64,000 bases of DNA. It comes from an uncultured Clostridia bacterium. GTDB taxonomy: Bacteria > Bacillota > Clostridia > Oscillospirales > Oscillospiraceae. The position numbers and the translations under genes were made by a program. Under the pieces are notes generated by a model that had not been told where the DNA came from, did no database searches, and saw only the letters and a program-made list of their open reading frames with translations. The stretch covers positions 35,901 through 99,900 of the forward strand of contig CAMCRV010000003.1 of NCBI GenBank assembly GCA_945877365.1. The letters are read 5' to 3'. Below are positions 1 through 9,635 of the stretch, piece by piece. Positions within the stretch are counted from its first letter, which is position 1; every line of letters begins with the position of its first letter.

Positions 1-13
1 GACCTCGTTTCTG

Positions 14-46
14 CCCTCCCCCTTCATTTGGGGGAGGGTTGTTTTT
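14..46 (+). terminator. Rho-independent terminator of a gene lying upstream of the window
   Basis: 9-bp stem CCCTCCCCC/GGGGGAGGG with a 7-nt loop, followed by TTGTTTTT. Confidence 0.7.
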
Positions 47-130
47 GTGAACTCCGAATCTGCCGGAAAGCGCCTGCTTTTTTCCTTCATTTTTTGTTCA
101 AAAAATTACTCTGGAAATACATCCCATTTA

Positions 131-159
131 TTGACATCGTCTTTTCAATGTGGTATCTT
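131..159 (+). promoter_or_regulatory. Candidate sigma-A promoter of the BMP ABC transporter operon
   Basis: TTGACA (131-136), 17-nt spacer, TGg TATCTT extended -10 (151-159). This leaves a leader of about 150 nt. Confidence 0.5.
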
Positions 160-313
160 ATTGCTGTCGAAAATAGACAGAATTCCTGTAATATGCACGA
201 TGAATGAAATATTTTGGCTCGATTTATTCTTTTGTTTTGTTCTTGTGCAGAAATATGGGAAATTCTGCCATTTTTAATTCAAAGAATAAGTTTTAACAAT
301 CAGGAGGCAAAAA

Positions 314-1531
314 ATGAAAAAGATTCTCGCACTGGTTCTGGCTCTGGTTATGCTCCTGAGCCTGGCAGCCTGCGGCAATTCCGGCAATCCTGCTGAGCAG
401 TCTGCCGCACCCGCTGCTCCCGCTGCCAACGATTTTAAGGTTGGCGCAATCTACATCAACAGCAAGAGCGACACCGCCGGTTATACCTTTGCTCACCACA
501 ACGGTATCACCACCGCCATGAAGGAGCTGGGCATGGATCCCGAGACCCAGCTGGTTGTCGTGGACGAAGTTCCCGAGGACAAGGAGCAGGTTCTGGCAGC
601 AGTTGACACTCTGGTCGGCGAAGGCGCAAACATCATCTTCGGTATCTCCTTCGGCTACATCGATGCCATGGAGGAAGCTGCCGCCGAGTACCCCGATGTG
701 GTCTTCTCCCACGCTACCGGCTATAAGTGCAACTCCACCAACTTCAACAACTACTTCGGCCGTGCTTATCAGGCCCGTTATCTGGCCGGTGTCGCTGCCG
801 GTCTGAAGTCCCTGGAGATCGGCAACAACAATATCGGCTATGTTGCCGCTTATGATGTCGAGTATGCTGAGACTGCATCCGGTATCAACGGCTTCGCTCT
901 GGGCGCTATGGCTGCCAATCCCGATGCCAAGATTTTCGTCAAGAAGCTGGGCGCCTGGGCTGACGAGGTCAACGAGTCTGCCTTCGCCACCGAACTTATT
1001 GAGTCCTATGGCTGCGGTATCATCACCCAGCACTGCGACTCCGCTCAGCCCCAGATCGCTGCTGAGAAGGCCGGTGCATTCAGCTGCGGCTACAACTCCG
1101 ATATGACCGCAGATGCTCCCAAGGCTCACCTGACCGCTGCTGTCTGGCACTGGAATGTGTACTACCGTACCGCTATCAAGGCCGCTATGGACTGCGGCAC
1201 TGCCGATAAGTTCGTGGAGACCATGGGCACCGGCGCTTACTACGGCGGTCTGGCCGAGGGCTTCGTAGGCATCTCTCCCCTCACCGAGAACTGCGCTGCC
1301 GGCACCAAGGAAGCCGTTGACGCTGTCACCGAGCTGATTGTATCCGGCCAGTGGGATGTCTTCACCGGCACCAAGCTGCACATTGCCGCTGACGGTACTG
1401 TCACTCAGGAAGCTGCTCCCCTGATGGACAACCAGGGCAATGAGATCGTCGCTGCAGGCGGTCCCTCCGTTGAGGACGGCGTTATCACCGGTTCCATGAA
1501 CTACCTGGTGGCAGGCGTGGAAGCCGCATAA
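314..1531 (+). CDS. BMP-family (Med/PnrA-like) ABC transporter substrate-binding lipoprotein, probably for nucleosides
   Basis: Lipoprotein signal MKKILALVLALVMLLSLAAC|G. AGGAGG RBS at 301-306. BMP-like sequence, followed by a matching ATPase and two permeases. Confidence 0.9.
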   Translation: MKKILALVLALVMLLSLAACGNSGNPAEQSAAPAAPAANDFKVGAIYINSKSDTAGYTFAHHNGITTAMKELGMDPETQLVVVDEVPEDKEQVLAAVDTLVGEGANIIFGISFGYIDAMEEAAAEYPDVVFSHATGYKCNSTNFNNYFGRAYQARYLAGVAAGLKSLEIGNNNIGYVAAYDVEYAETASGINGFALGAMAANPDAKIFVKKLGAWADEVNESAFATELIESYGCGIITQHCDSAQPQIAAEKAGAFSCGYNSDMTADAPKAHLTAAVWHWNVYYRTAIKAAMDCGTADKFVETMGTGAYYGGLAEGFVGISPLTENCAAGTKEAVDAVTELIVSGQWDVFTGTKLHIAADGTVTQEAAPLMDNQGNEIVAAGGPSVEDGVITGSMNYLVAGVEAA

Positions 1532-1556
1532 CACAAAGCTACCCGATGTAACATTG

Positions 1557-1598
1557 CCGGGCCGGCCTGTAATCTGGCCGGCCCGGATTCTTCATTTG
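1557..1598 (+). terminator. Intra-operon GC-rich hairpin (partial terminator or mRNA stabiliser) after the binding-protein gene
   Basis: 11-bp stem CCGGGCCGGCC/GGCCGGCCCGG with an 8-nt loop, then ATTCTTCATTT. Confidence 0.5.
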
Positions 1599-1719
1599 GA
1601 AAACCATGAGATCAGAACAGGGCTTTATGCCAAAACCCGATCAGAGCCTTTCCATCAGGTTTTCGTATTACCTGTTTTCATCTGATTGTTCTGCAAAAAT
1701 CAAAAAGGAGTGTTGCCCC

Positions 1720-3297
1720 ATGGCGGAACCGTATGCGATTGAAATGAGAGGTATCTGCAAGCATTTCGGCAGTACCATCGCCAACAACAGCGTTGATCTG
1801 ACGGTAAAAAAAGGTGAGATTCTGGCTCTGCTGGGAGAAAACGGCTCCGGCAAAACCACCCTGATGAATATGCTTTCCGGCATCTACAAGCCTGACAGCG
1901 GTTCGATTCTGGTAGATGGGAAAGAAGTGAGCATCAATTCTCCCGAGGATGCCAAGCGTCTTGGCATTGGAATGGTGCATCAGCATTTCAAGCTGGTGGA
2001 TGTTTTTTCCGCCGCAGACAATATCTGGATGGGCAAGGAAAAAACCGGCTTTGTGCTGAAAAAAGATCGTTATCAGCAGATCAACGAAATGATCACCCGG
2101 TTTGGATTTGATATTGACCCCCAGAAAAAGGTCTACAATATGTCTGTCTCCGAAAAGCAGACCCTGGAAATCGTGAAGGTTCTGTGCTACGGTGCAAAGG
2201 TCATTATTCTGGATGAGCCCACCGCCGTGCTCACGGTACAGGAAATTGAAAAGCTGTTTGCCGTCCTGCGCAGGATGAAGGAGCAGGGTCATTCCATTAT
2301 CATCATTACCCATAAGCTGAATGAGGTTATGGATATCTCGGACCGCGTCGCCATCCTGCGCAAGGGTGAGTATATTACCACCGTGGAAACCTCACAGACC
2401 AATGAGCAGGCACTCACCGAGTGGATGGTGGGTCATAAGGTTGACCTGAACATTGACCGTCCTGTGATTGAGAAGACCTCTCCCCTTCTGGAGGTTCGGG
2501 ATGTCACAATCCGGAACGATGAGGGTGCCATTGCCATTGATGGCATCAACTTTTACATTCGGGGCGGCGAGATGCTGGGCGTCGCCGGAATTGCCGGATG
2601 CGGCCAGAAGGAGCTGTGTGAAGCCATTGCCGGTCTTCGTCCCATCGAGAAGGGCCAGATGATCCACAAGGGTGAAAACATTGTAGGACTGGAACCCAAG
2701 GCCATTCTGGATAAAGGAATCTCCATGTCTTTCATCCCTGAGGATCGGCTGGGTATGGGGCTTGCCCCATCCATGTCCATCACCGACAATATGATTCTGA
2801 AGAAATATTCCGATGGCAAAGGCCCCTTTGTAGACCGCAAGCAGGGACGGCAGGAAGCGGAAGAGATCATCCGTCAGCTGTCTGTGGTGACGCCCTCTAC
2901 AGAAATTCCCGTTCGGCGTCTGTCCGGCGGCAATGTTCAGAAGGTTCTTCTGGGTCGGGAGATCAAGGCCAATCCCAATGTTATCATCACCGCCTACCCC
3001 GTCCGGGGTCTGGACATCGGTTCCTCCTACACCATCTACAATATTCTGAATGAACAGAAAAAAGCCGGTGTGGGTATCCTGTTCGTAGGCGAGGATCTGG
3101 ATGTGATGATGGCGCTGTGCGACAAAATCATGGTCATCTGTCACGGAAAGGTGATGGGCGTTGTCCACGCCCACAAGACTACCAAGGAAGAGCTGGGTCT
3201 GATGATGACCGGTGCTCTGGATCTGACCCACAAATATGCGGATAAACCCGCCGGTTTTGCCAAGGACAGCCGGTTTGAAGAACACAGCGGTTCCTAA
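1720..3297 (+). CDS. ABC transporter ATP-binding protein with duplicated ATPase domains
   Basis: Walker A GENGSGKTT, signature LSVSEKQ and LSGGNVQK, Walker B ILDEPT. Start trimmed to the ATG at 1720, which sits behind AAAGGAG; the ORF opens at 1606. Confidence 0.9.
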   Translation: MAEPYAIEMRGICKHFGSTIANNSVDLTVKKGEILALLGENGSGKTTLMNMLSGIYKPDSGSILVDGKEVSINSPEDAKRLGIGMVHQHFKLVDVFSAADNIWMGKEKTGFVLKKDRYQQINEMITRFGFDIDPQKKVYNMSVSEKQTLEIVKVLCYGAKVIILDEPTAVLTVQEIEKLFAVLRRMKEQGHSIIIITHKLNEVMDISDRVAILRKGEYITTVETSQTNEQALTEWMVGHKVDLNIDRPVIEKTSPLLEVRDVTIRNDEGAIAIDGINFYIRGGEMLGVAGIAGCGQKELCEAIAGLRPIEKGQMIHKGENIVGLEPKAILDKGISMSFIPEDRLGMGLAPSMSITDNMILKKYSDGKGPFVDRKQGRQEAEEIIRQLSVVTPSTEIPVRRLSGGNVQKVLLGREIKANPNVIITAYPVRGLDIGSSYTIYNILNEQKKAGVGILFVGEDLDVMMALCDKIMVICHGKVMGVVHAHKTTKEELGLMMTGALDLTHKYADKPAGFAKDSRFEEHSGS

Positions 3298-3309
3298 GGA
3301 GGTGTAAAT

Positions 3310-4422
3310 ATGGGCTTTCACATTGTAAAAAGAGATCAATGCTCTCTCATCCGAAAATGTTTCCTGTATGTCGGGGCGGTTGCAGCAGCTCTGGTGATGG
3401 GCGGAATCGTTCTGCTCTGCCTTGGCGTCGATCCCATTGCCTATTATACACGAATGTTCACCATGGGTACCATCGGGAATCGTATTGCATACAAAGTCTT
3501 TGAAAACTATCTGAAGGATTTCGTCCCCCTGGCACTGACCGCCGTCGCCCTCTCTCTGGCCTTCAAAATGCGGTTCTGGAATATCGGCGGCGAAGGACAG
3601 TTCATTCTCGGCGCCATTGCTGCCGCATTTGTAGCCTTCAAGCTGGGTCCGATCCTTCCCAATGCTGTGGCCCTTCTGTGTATGTGCCTGTGCGCCATGC
3701 TGGCAGCCGGACTTTACGGTGTGTTTGCTGCTGCTTTGAAAGTCAGGTTTGGCACCAGCGAAACCCTGATGACTCTGATGCTCAATTATGTCGCCCTGTA
3801 TTTCCTGACCTTCATCGCCGAGGCCAAGGCAGACTGGAACTTCTTTCTGGATCCAAGCTCTGTTCGTCCCGTGTTTGCCAGCTTCGCAAAAATCGTATCC
3901 TTCCCCTCCATTCTCACCATTGGGAAGTTCAGCCTGAATATCTGTGTGGTCTTTACGCTGGTCATCGGCGTACTGATGTTCATCTATCAGAAATACACTA
4001 AGCACGGCTATGAAATTGCCGTTGTGGGTGACAGCGCCGGAACTGCCCACTACGCAGGCATGAAGGTCAATACCATTGTCCTGAGAACCGTTTTTCTCTC
4101 CGCCTGTCTCATTGGTCTGGCGGCTGCTTTCAAGGTAGGAACCTCCGGAATTCTCTCTGTTTCCATTACCAACGATGTTGGCTGGACGGGTATCATCGTC
4201 GCATGGCTCTCCCAGCTGAATACCGCAGTGATTTTCATTGTCTCCGCTCTGATCTGCGTCCTTCATTACGGCTCCACCGTTGCCGCCGCAACCTTCTCTC
4301 AGGTGGATTCCAGCTTTGCCAATATGCTGCAAGGAGCCATCCTCTTTATGGTTCTGGCCGCAGATTTTTATACCAGATTCCAAATCGTCATAGATAAGAA
4401 AGGGGGCCGCAGCAATGGATAA
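3310..4422 (+). CDS. ABC transporter permease (BMP/YufP-type)
   Basis: Multi-TM hydrophobic protein directly after the ATPase, with a GGAGG RBS. Confidence 0.85.
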   Translation: MGFHIVKRDQCSLIRKCFLYVGAVAAALVMGGIVLLCLGVDPIAYYTRMFTMGTIGNRIAYKVFENYLKDFVPLALTAVALSLAFKMRFWNIGGEGQFILGAIAAAFVAFKLGPILPNAVALLCMCLCAMLAAGLYGVFAAALKVRFGTSETLMTLMLNYVALYFLTFIAEAKADWNFFLDPSSVRPVFASFAKIVSFPSILTIGKFSLNICVVFTLVIGVLMFIYQKYTKHGYEIAVVGDSAGTAHYAGMKVNTIVLRTVFLSACLIGLAAAFKVGTSGILSVSITNDVGWTGIIVAWLSQLNTAVIFIVSALICVLHYGSTVAAATFSQVDSSFANMLQGAILFMVLAADFYTRFQIVIDKKGGRSNG

Positions 4423-5407
4423 ACTTGCCATTTTAACAACCTTCATCCACAACATTGTTGTCTTCAATATTCCCCTTCTCTATGGCACCGTTGGTGAAAT
4501 TGTCGTGGAAAAATCCGGAAGCCTGAATCTGGGTGTGGAAGGCATTATGGCTGTAGGCGCAATCTTTGGATACATCATCGGCTGCTATGCCAACAGTCTG
4601 GGCGTGGGAATTGCCGTGGCTTTTCTTGCAGGCGCTATGTGCGGTCTGCTGTTCGCCGCACTGACCGTATCTTTACAGGCAAACCAGAATATTACCGGCC
4701 TTACCCTGACAACCTTCGGACTGGGCATTTACTTCTTCGTAGGAAACGGCCTGAAAGCCCGGGGCTGGCCTGTTATGGCGGATTATTCCAACATTAAAAA
4801 CGGATTTGCCGATATTGCAATTCCCGGCCTGTCCGAAATCCCCCTTCTGGGCCGTGGTCTTTTCACCCATAATATTCTGGTATACCTGGGTGTTGCCATT
4901 GCGGTAGCCATGTGGTGGTACCTGAATCACAGCGTCCCCGGCCTGAAGCTGCGTGCTGTGGGTGAGAATCCCGGCTCTGCCGACTCTGTGGGCATCAATG
5001 TCAAACGGTTCAAATATCTGCATATCTGCCTCGGCTGCGGCATTATGGGCATCGGCGGCTATTATATGGGGCTGAATATGTCGGGCTCCTTCAACTCCAG
5101 CTGCTGGATCAACGGTTACGGCTGGATTGCCGTCGCTCTGGTTATCTTTGCCAACTGGAATCCTGCTCTCGCCATTTTGGGAACCTTTGTTTTTGGTTTC
5201 TTCAACACCCTCCGGGTATCCGGCAGCAGTCTGGCCAGTGCCTTCCCGGGGGCATTGGGATGGTTGGTTAAGATTCCTACACAGGTCTATCAGGCGCTCC
5301 CCTTTATTATCACTGCCATCGTTCTGTTCGCATCCTCCGTCAAGAATAAACAGAACAGTGGCCAGCCTGGTGCACTGGGTCTGAATTATTTCCGTGAGGA
5401 AAGATAG
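4415..5407 (+). CDS. ABC transporter permease (BMP/YufQ-type)
   Basis: Multi-TM protein whose start overlaps the previous permease by 8 nt. Confidence 0.85.
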   Translation: MDKLAILTTFIHNIVVFNIPLLYGTVGEIVVEKSGSLNLGVEGIMAVGAIFGYIIGCYANSLGVGIAVAFLAGAMCGLLFAALTVSLQANQNITGLTLTTFGLGIYFFVGNGLKARGWPVMADYSNIKNGFADIAIPGLSEIPLLGRGLFTHNILVYLGVAIAVAMWWYLNHSVPGLKLRAVGENPGSADSVGINVKRFKYLHICLGCGIMGIGGYYMGLNMSGSFNSSCWINGYGWIAVALVIFANWNPALAILGTFVFGFFNTLRVSGSSLASAFPGALGWLVKIPTQVYQALPFIITAIVLFASSVKNKQNSGQPGALGLNYFREER

Positions 5408-5410
5408 TTT

Positions 5411-5442
5411 GTTGCCCACCCATCCGGGTGGGTAACTTTTCT
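5411..5442 (+). terminator. Rho-independent terminator of the ABC operon
   Basis: 11-bp stem GTTGCCCACCC/GGGTGGGTAAC (one G-U pair) with loop ATCC, then TTTTCTGT. Confidence 0.75.
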
Positions 5443-5520
5443 GTCTCGCTTTTTCCGCCAGATTCCTATATAATGAATACTCAAAAAGTTGTTTGATAGT
5501 AAAAATTTCGAGGACAAAAC

Positions 5521-6909
5521 ATGGATAATAACACCCAAAAATTAAATAAAATGCACACAATGCCCGTGAGAAAGCTCCTCTTCAACATGGCGCTCCCTCT
5601 GGCAATCTCCATGCTTGTTCAGGCATTTTACAATGTTGTGGACAGCATCTATGTTTCCCAGATCTCAGAGAGTGCTGTGACCTCTCTCTCCCTCGCCTTT
5701 CCCATTCAGAATCTGATGATTGGCTGTGCCACAGGCTCTGCCGTTGGTATGAACGCGCTGTTCAGCAAATCTCTGGGAGAACACAACCACGAAAAGGCAA
5801 ACAAAACCGCCGGAAATGGCATTCTGGCCAGCCTTGCCATGGCTGCTATGTTTGTTATCTTTGGTATGCTTGGCGCGGAGGGTTACTATGCCATGCAATC
5901 GGATGTGCCGGAAACCATCTCCGGCGGCGCTGCCTATGTCGGTATCTGCTGCGTCTGGTGCCTTGGCATCTTTGCAGAAATTCTGGGCGAGCGTCTTCTG
6001 CAGGCATCCGGCAGAACCATCTATACGCTGTTCACCCAGGGAACCGGCGCAATTCTGAACATCCTGCTGGATCCGGTTTTCATTTTTGGATGCGCTCCCC
6101 TGGGAGTTGCTCCCATGGGAATTGCCGGTGCGGCTGTCGCAACCGTTACAGGACAATGGGTCGCTGCTGTGCTGGCGCTATGCTTCAATCTCACCAAGAA
6201 CCCGGATGTTCAACTTGCTCCGAAATACCTGGAGTTTGATTGGCCCATCATGAAGAAAATTATGACCGTAGGAATTCCTTCTATCGTTATGATGGCCATT
6301 GGCTCCGTTATGAATTTTGGAATGAACCAGATTTTCCTGAGCTTTCAGGAATATGGGGAAACAGCAGCAGGCGTTTTCGGAATTTACTTCAAGCTCCAGA
6401 GTTTTGTATTTATGCCGCTGTTTGGCATTAATAACGCCGCCATTTCCATCATTGCCTATAATTACGGTGCCTGTCAGCCCAAGCGGATCACTGGTACCCT
6501 GAAATGCAGCCTCACCGCAGCCATGACCATTATGCTTCTGGGAACCGCAGCTTTCCAGCTGATTCCGGATCAGTTGCTGGGAATTTTCCATCCTTCCAGC
6601 ACCTTTCTGGAGCTGGGACAGAGCGCATTGCGAATCGTCAGCCTTCACTTTCCTATGGCTGCCGTCGGTATTGCTTTGGGTGCCAGCTTTCAGGCCATGG
6701 GCGCCGGTATATACTCCACCATTACCTCTCTGATGCGTCAGATCGTTGTTCTGCTGCCGGCTGCTTTTCTTCTGAGTCTCACGGGAGATGTGCACAATGT
6801 ATGGTGGGCTTTCCCCATTTCCGAAGTCATCAGCCTGCTGACCACCCTGTTCTTCTACTCCCGAATCTACCGCAACCTCATCAAGCCTTTGTATCAAACC
6901 AACGCATAA
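5521..6909 (+). CDS. MATE family efflux transporter (paralog 1 of 4)
   Basis: 462 aa with 12-TM-like hydrophobicity. Typical MATE N-terminus: KLLFNMALPLAISMLVQAFYNVVDSIYVS. Confidence 0.85.
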   Translation: MDNNTQKLNKMHTMPVRKLLFNMALPLAISMLVQAFYNVVDSIYVSQISESAVTSLSLAFPIQNLMIGCATGSAVGMNALFSKSLGEHNHEKANKTAGNGILASLAMAAMFVIFGMLGAEGYYAMQSDVPETISGGAAYVGICCVWCLGIFAEILGERLLQASGRTIYTLFTQGTGAILNILLDPVFIFGCAPLGVAPMGIAGAAVATVTGQWVAAVLALCFNLTKNPDVQLAPKYLEFDWPIMKKIMTVGIPSIVMMAIGSVMNFGMNQIFLSFQEYGETAAGVFGIYFKLQSFVFMPLFGINNAAISIIAYNYGACQPKRITGTLKCSLTAAMTIMLLGTAAFQLIPDQLLGIFHPSSTFLELGQSALRIVSLHFPMAAVGIALGASFQAMGAGIYSTITSLMRQIVVLLPAAFLLSLTGDVHNVWWAFPISEVISLLTTLFFYSRIYRNLIKPLYQTNA

Positions 6910-6913
6910 ATTT

Positions 6914-6950
6914 GGCGCTGCCTTACTCCAATAAGGCAGCGCCCTTTTCC
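6914..6950. terminator. Hairpin terminator between convergent genes
   Basis: 12-bp stem GGCGCTGCCTTA/TAAGGCAGCGCC with a 6-nt loop, then CTTTTCC. Confidence 0.7.
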
Positions 6951-6958
6951 ATATTATC

Positions 6959-7825
6959 CTAAAACCATTGAAGCTGCTCCGGCTGTTTTTCTTCAAAGGT
7001 GTTCAGATAGTGGAAAATTTCGTTATTATGATGCAGGATACCCGCTTTTTCACAGGTGTCATGGAACAGCTTCATCAACTGACCATTGTTTGGGCTGTTC
7101 AGTTCATATGCACTTCCATAAATTCTAATGTATTCTTCCTTCAGGCCGGGAAAAAGATGATCCAGATTCTGATAAAAGAATTCTCTGCTTCCCTCCCGTA
7201 AGGTCAGCCCCATTCCAAAGCAGATTATGCCCTTCACACCGGCATCCTGGCAATATTCCAGAATCCTCTGGATATTATCCCGGGTATCATTGAGGAAGGG
7301 CAGTATTGGGCAGAGCCAGACCACAGTAGGGATTCCCTCCCTGGATAGACTTTTCAACGCCTCCACCCGGTGTTTTGTGGTGCAGACACCGGGTTCCAGC
7401 TTGCGGCACAGTTCTTCATCCGCGGTGGTCAAGGTCATCTGCACAACACATTTCGTTCTGCTGTTGATTTCCCGCAAAAGATCCAGATCCCTCAGCACCA
7501 AATCCGATTTGGTCAAAACTGTGGCACCAAAACCATATTTGCAGATCAGCTCCAACATTTTTCTGGTATAGCCCAGTTGTCCCTCCAGTGGCATATACGG
7601 GTCACTCATGGAGCCTGTTCCTATCATACAGGGCTTTTTCTTTCGTCTCAGCGCATCCTCCAGCAATGACAAGCCATTCTGTTTTACGGCAATATCCTCA
7701 AAATCGTGCCGAAATTGGTAGCAGAGGCTTCTGGAGTCGCAGTATATGCAGCCATGCTGACAGCCCCGATACAGATTTAGACCGTTGTGGGAAGGGAGAA
7801 TTCCCTTTACTGTCTCATAGTGCAA
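6959..7825 (-). CDS. Radical SAM protein, SplB/COG1533-like (DNA photolyase-like family)
   Basis: CxxxCxxC motif CQHGCIYC near the N-terminus. 288 aa. Confidence 0.7.
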   Translation of the reverse strand: MHYETVKGILPSHNGLNLYRGCQHGCIYCDSRSLCYQFRHDFEDIAVKQNGLSLLEDALRRKKKPCMIGTGSMSDPYMPLEGQLGYTRKMLELICKYGFGATVLTKSDLVLRDLDLLREINSRTKCVVQMTLTTADEELCRKLEPGVCTTKHRVEALKSLSREGIPTVVWLCPILPFLNDTRDNIQRILEYCQDAGVKGIICFGMGLTLREGSREFFYQNLDHLFPGLKEEYIRIYGSAYELNSPNNGQLMKLFHDTCEKAGILHHNNEIFHYLNTFEEKQPEQLQWF

Positions 7826-8354
7826 GCCATCCCCTCCTTTCCAAAACGCACCACTTGTCGTACGCGTTCACTTTAGCACAAAATGCCGGGATTCGCAACG
7901 AAAAGCTTTTGCCTTCCGGAACATTTCCGATGCTTCCGCAGGTACAGAAGAACTGGGACACCTCGAAATGATAGGTGCTATCGTGCACCAGTTGACCCGA
8001 AAGCTGACGGACAGTCAGATTCAGGATTCTGCCTTTGCACCTTATTTTGTCGATCATACCGCCAGCGTCTATCCCACCGCCGCCAGCGGATTCCCGTGGA
8101 ACGCAGCCAGCATGGCCGTAAAAGGAGACCCCATTGCCGACCTCACTGAAGATCTGGCGGCGGAGCAAAAAGCCCGGGTGACCTATGACAATATCCTCCG
8201 CCTCAGCGACGACCCGGATGTGAACAATGTGATCAAGTTCCTCCGGGAACGGGAAATTGTTCACTTCCAGCGCTTTGGGGAAGCAATTCAACTGCTGCGG
8301 GAGAAACTGAACACAAAAAATGTATACTGCATGAACCCTTCCTTTGACGCCTGA
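7821..8354 (+). pseudogene. 5'-truncated manganese catalase (CotJC-like) remnant
   Basis: The ORF at 7968-8354 reads GDPIADLTEDLAAEQKARVTY...FLREREIVHFQRF, typical of a Mn catalase C-terminal half. The in-frame upstream translation reads ...GTEELGHLEM but the frame is closed by TAG at 7818-7820. There is no ATG, GTG or TTG before 7968. Confidence 0.6.
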
Positions 8355-8368
8355 TCCCAAAAAGGCAA

Positions 8369-8399
8369 CTCCCTTCCCGGATTTTTTGTGGGAAGGGAG
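8369..8399 (-). terminator. Hairpin terminator after the M23 peptidase gene
   Basis: 10-bp stem CTCCCTTCCC/GGGAAGGGAG. On the minus strand it is followed by TTGCCTTTTT. Confidence 0.6.
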
Positions 8400-8475
8400 T
8401 ATTTCCTGCCTGTGAAAAAAGCATGGGCAAAGCACAATCTTCCAACTCAGCAGAAATGGGTTGCCGACCACACAT

Positions 8476-9420
8476 CTATATCGGAAACATATCGGTGTCC
8501 AAATCCCGGTAGGGATAGATCCGGCTCCAACCATCAGCTGTTTTTTGGATACTGCTCCGGTGTTCAGAAAGCAGACGCACAATATCATAGGCGTCAACCC
8601 AGATTTCCGAATTGCACTCCTTCTGGCTCTCTTCAAATACCAGTTGGATTCCAAAATGCAGGTGAACCGTTTCGATATTATTTGTATTTTCCCGGTCACT
8701 GTAACCGGTTCGACCCATAAACCCGATCAGATCTCCCGCCTGAACCAGATCACCCTCCTCCAAACCGGGGGCAAATGGTCTGTCCTTCTGCAAATGAGCA
8801 TAATAATAGTAGCGTTTGCTGTCAAAGGAGCGTATACCTATCCGCCACCCTCCATATCGATTCCAGCCCATCGCCTCCACCACGCCGCCCTCCACAGCCA
8901 CAATCGGGGTACCCTGGGCACCCATCAGGTCATTGCCAAGATGTCTGCGGCGAAAGCCAAAGGAACGGGAAGCGCCAAAGTCATCGCAATGGCTGTATCC
9001 ATAGCCCGCCGCGATGGGAGAAAAGGCTTTCAGGCCATAGGCAGCTGTCCACTGTCCGTCCTTCTCTATGGCATAGCTGCCCACAAGTCCTCCCAGAATG
9101 GCACTGTAGGCCTCATGGTAGTAGACATAATATCGATACAAATCACCCAGCAGTTCCTCCGGGGATTGATCCTTCTTCAAATCCGATACTGCCGTTTTTA
9201 CTGCGGATATATTGCATTTCCCTCCGGTACGGCAGGCTGCCAGCGCCAGAGTATCCACCCAGGAAATATGCTTCTCCTGTTGAGCCGTCAGGATATCCTG
9301 ATCCAGTGCATACTTCATGGATTCATAGGGAACATCAAAATCCACCCACCGGATTGTTTCCGCCCGCACAGGGGTCACCAATGCTGAAACCAAAAGCACA
9401 AACAGCAAAACCTGCTTCAT
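8476..9420 (-). CDS. Secreted M23 family metallopeptidase (peptidoglycan endopeptidase)
   Basis: Signal peptide MKQVLLFVLLVSALVTPVRA. M23 motifs HLGNDL and VHLHFGIQ. Confidence 0.8.
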   Translation of the reverse strand: MKQVLLFVLLVSALVTPVRAETIRWVDFDVPYESMKYALDQDILTAQQEKHISWVDTLALAACRTGGKCNISAVKTAVSDLKKDQSPEELLGDLYRYYVYYHEAYSAILGGLVGSYAIEKDGQWTAAYGLKAFSPIAAGYGYSHCDDFGASRSFGFRRRHLGNDLMGAQGTPIVAVEGGVVEAMGWNRYGGWRIGIRSFDSKRYYYYAHLQKDRPFAPGLEEGDLVQAGDLIGFMGRTGYSDRENTNNIETVHLHFGIQLVFEESQKECNSEIWVDAYDIVRLLSEHRSSIQKTADGWSRIYPYRDLDTDMFPI

Positions 9421-9586
9421 TTCCTCACCTCTTGGATTAGGGTATGGGGCAGCTGTTTTTTTATTCAGTTTTTCAGGTGGAATCCATACTTTAGCCCGAC
9501 TGCAGTAGGATCGAAGATCGAATTTTATAATATCACGAAATCATATCTGCTGTTCTGATATTTACAAAAAGCCAAGTGAATCTTCA

Positions 9587-9615
9587 TTGATTTTCGTTAT
9601 GATTTATGGTAGGAT
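9587..9615 (+). promoter_or_regulatory. Candidate sigma-A promoter for the zinc-ribbon/TPM gene pair
   Basis: TTGATT, 17-nt spacer, TGg TAGGAT extended -10. AAAGGAGGG RBS precedes the ATG at 9636. Confidence 0.5.
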
Positions 9616-9635
9616 AGCCGAAAGGAGGGAATTTT

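Noticed and set aside
2392-4467. 691-aa ORF antisense to the ABC ATPase and permease genes. A similar 576-aa ORF at 26521-28251 lies antisense to MATE-2.
   Set aside because: These are shadow ORFs opposite confidently called transporter genes.
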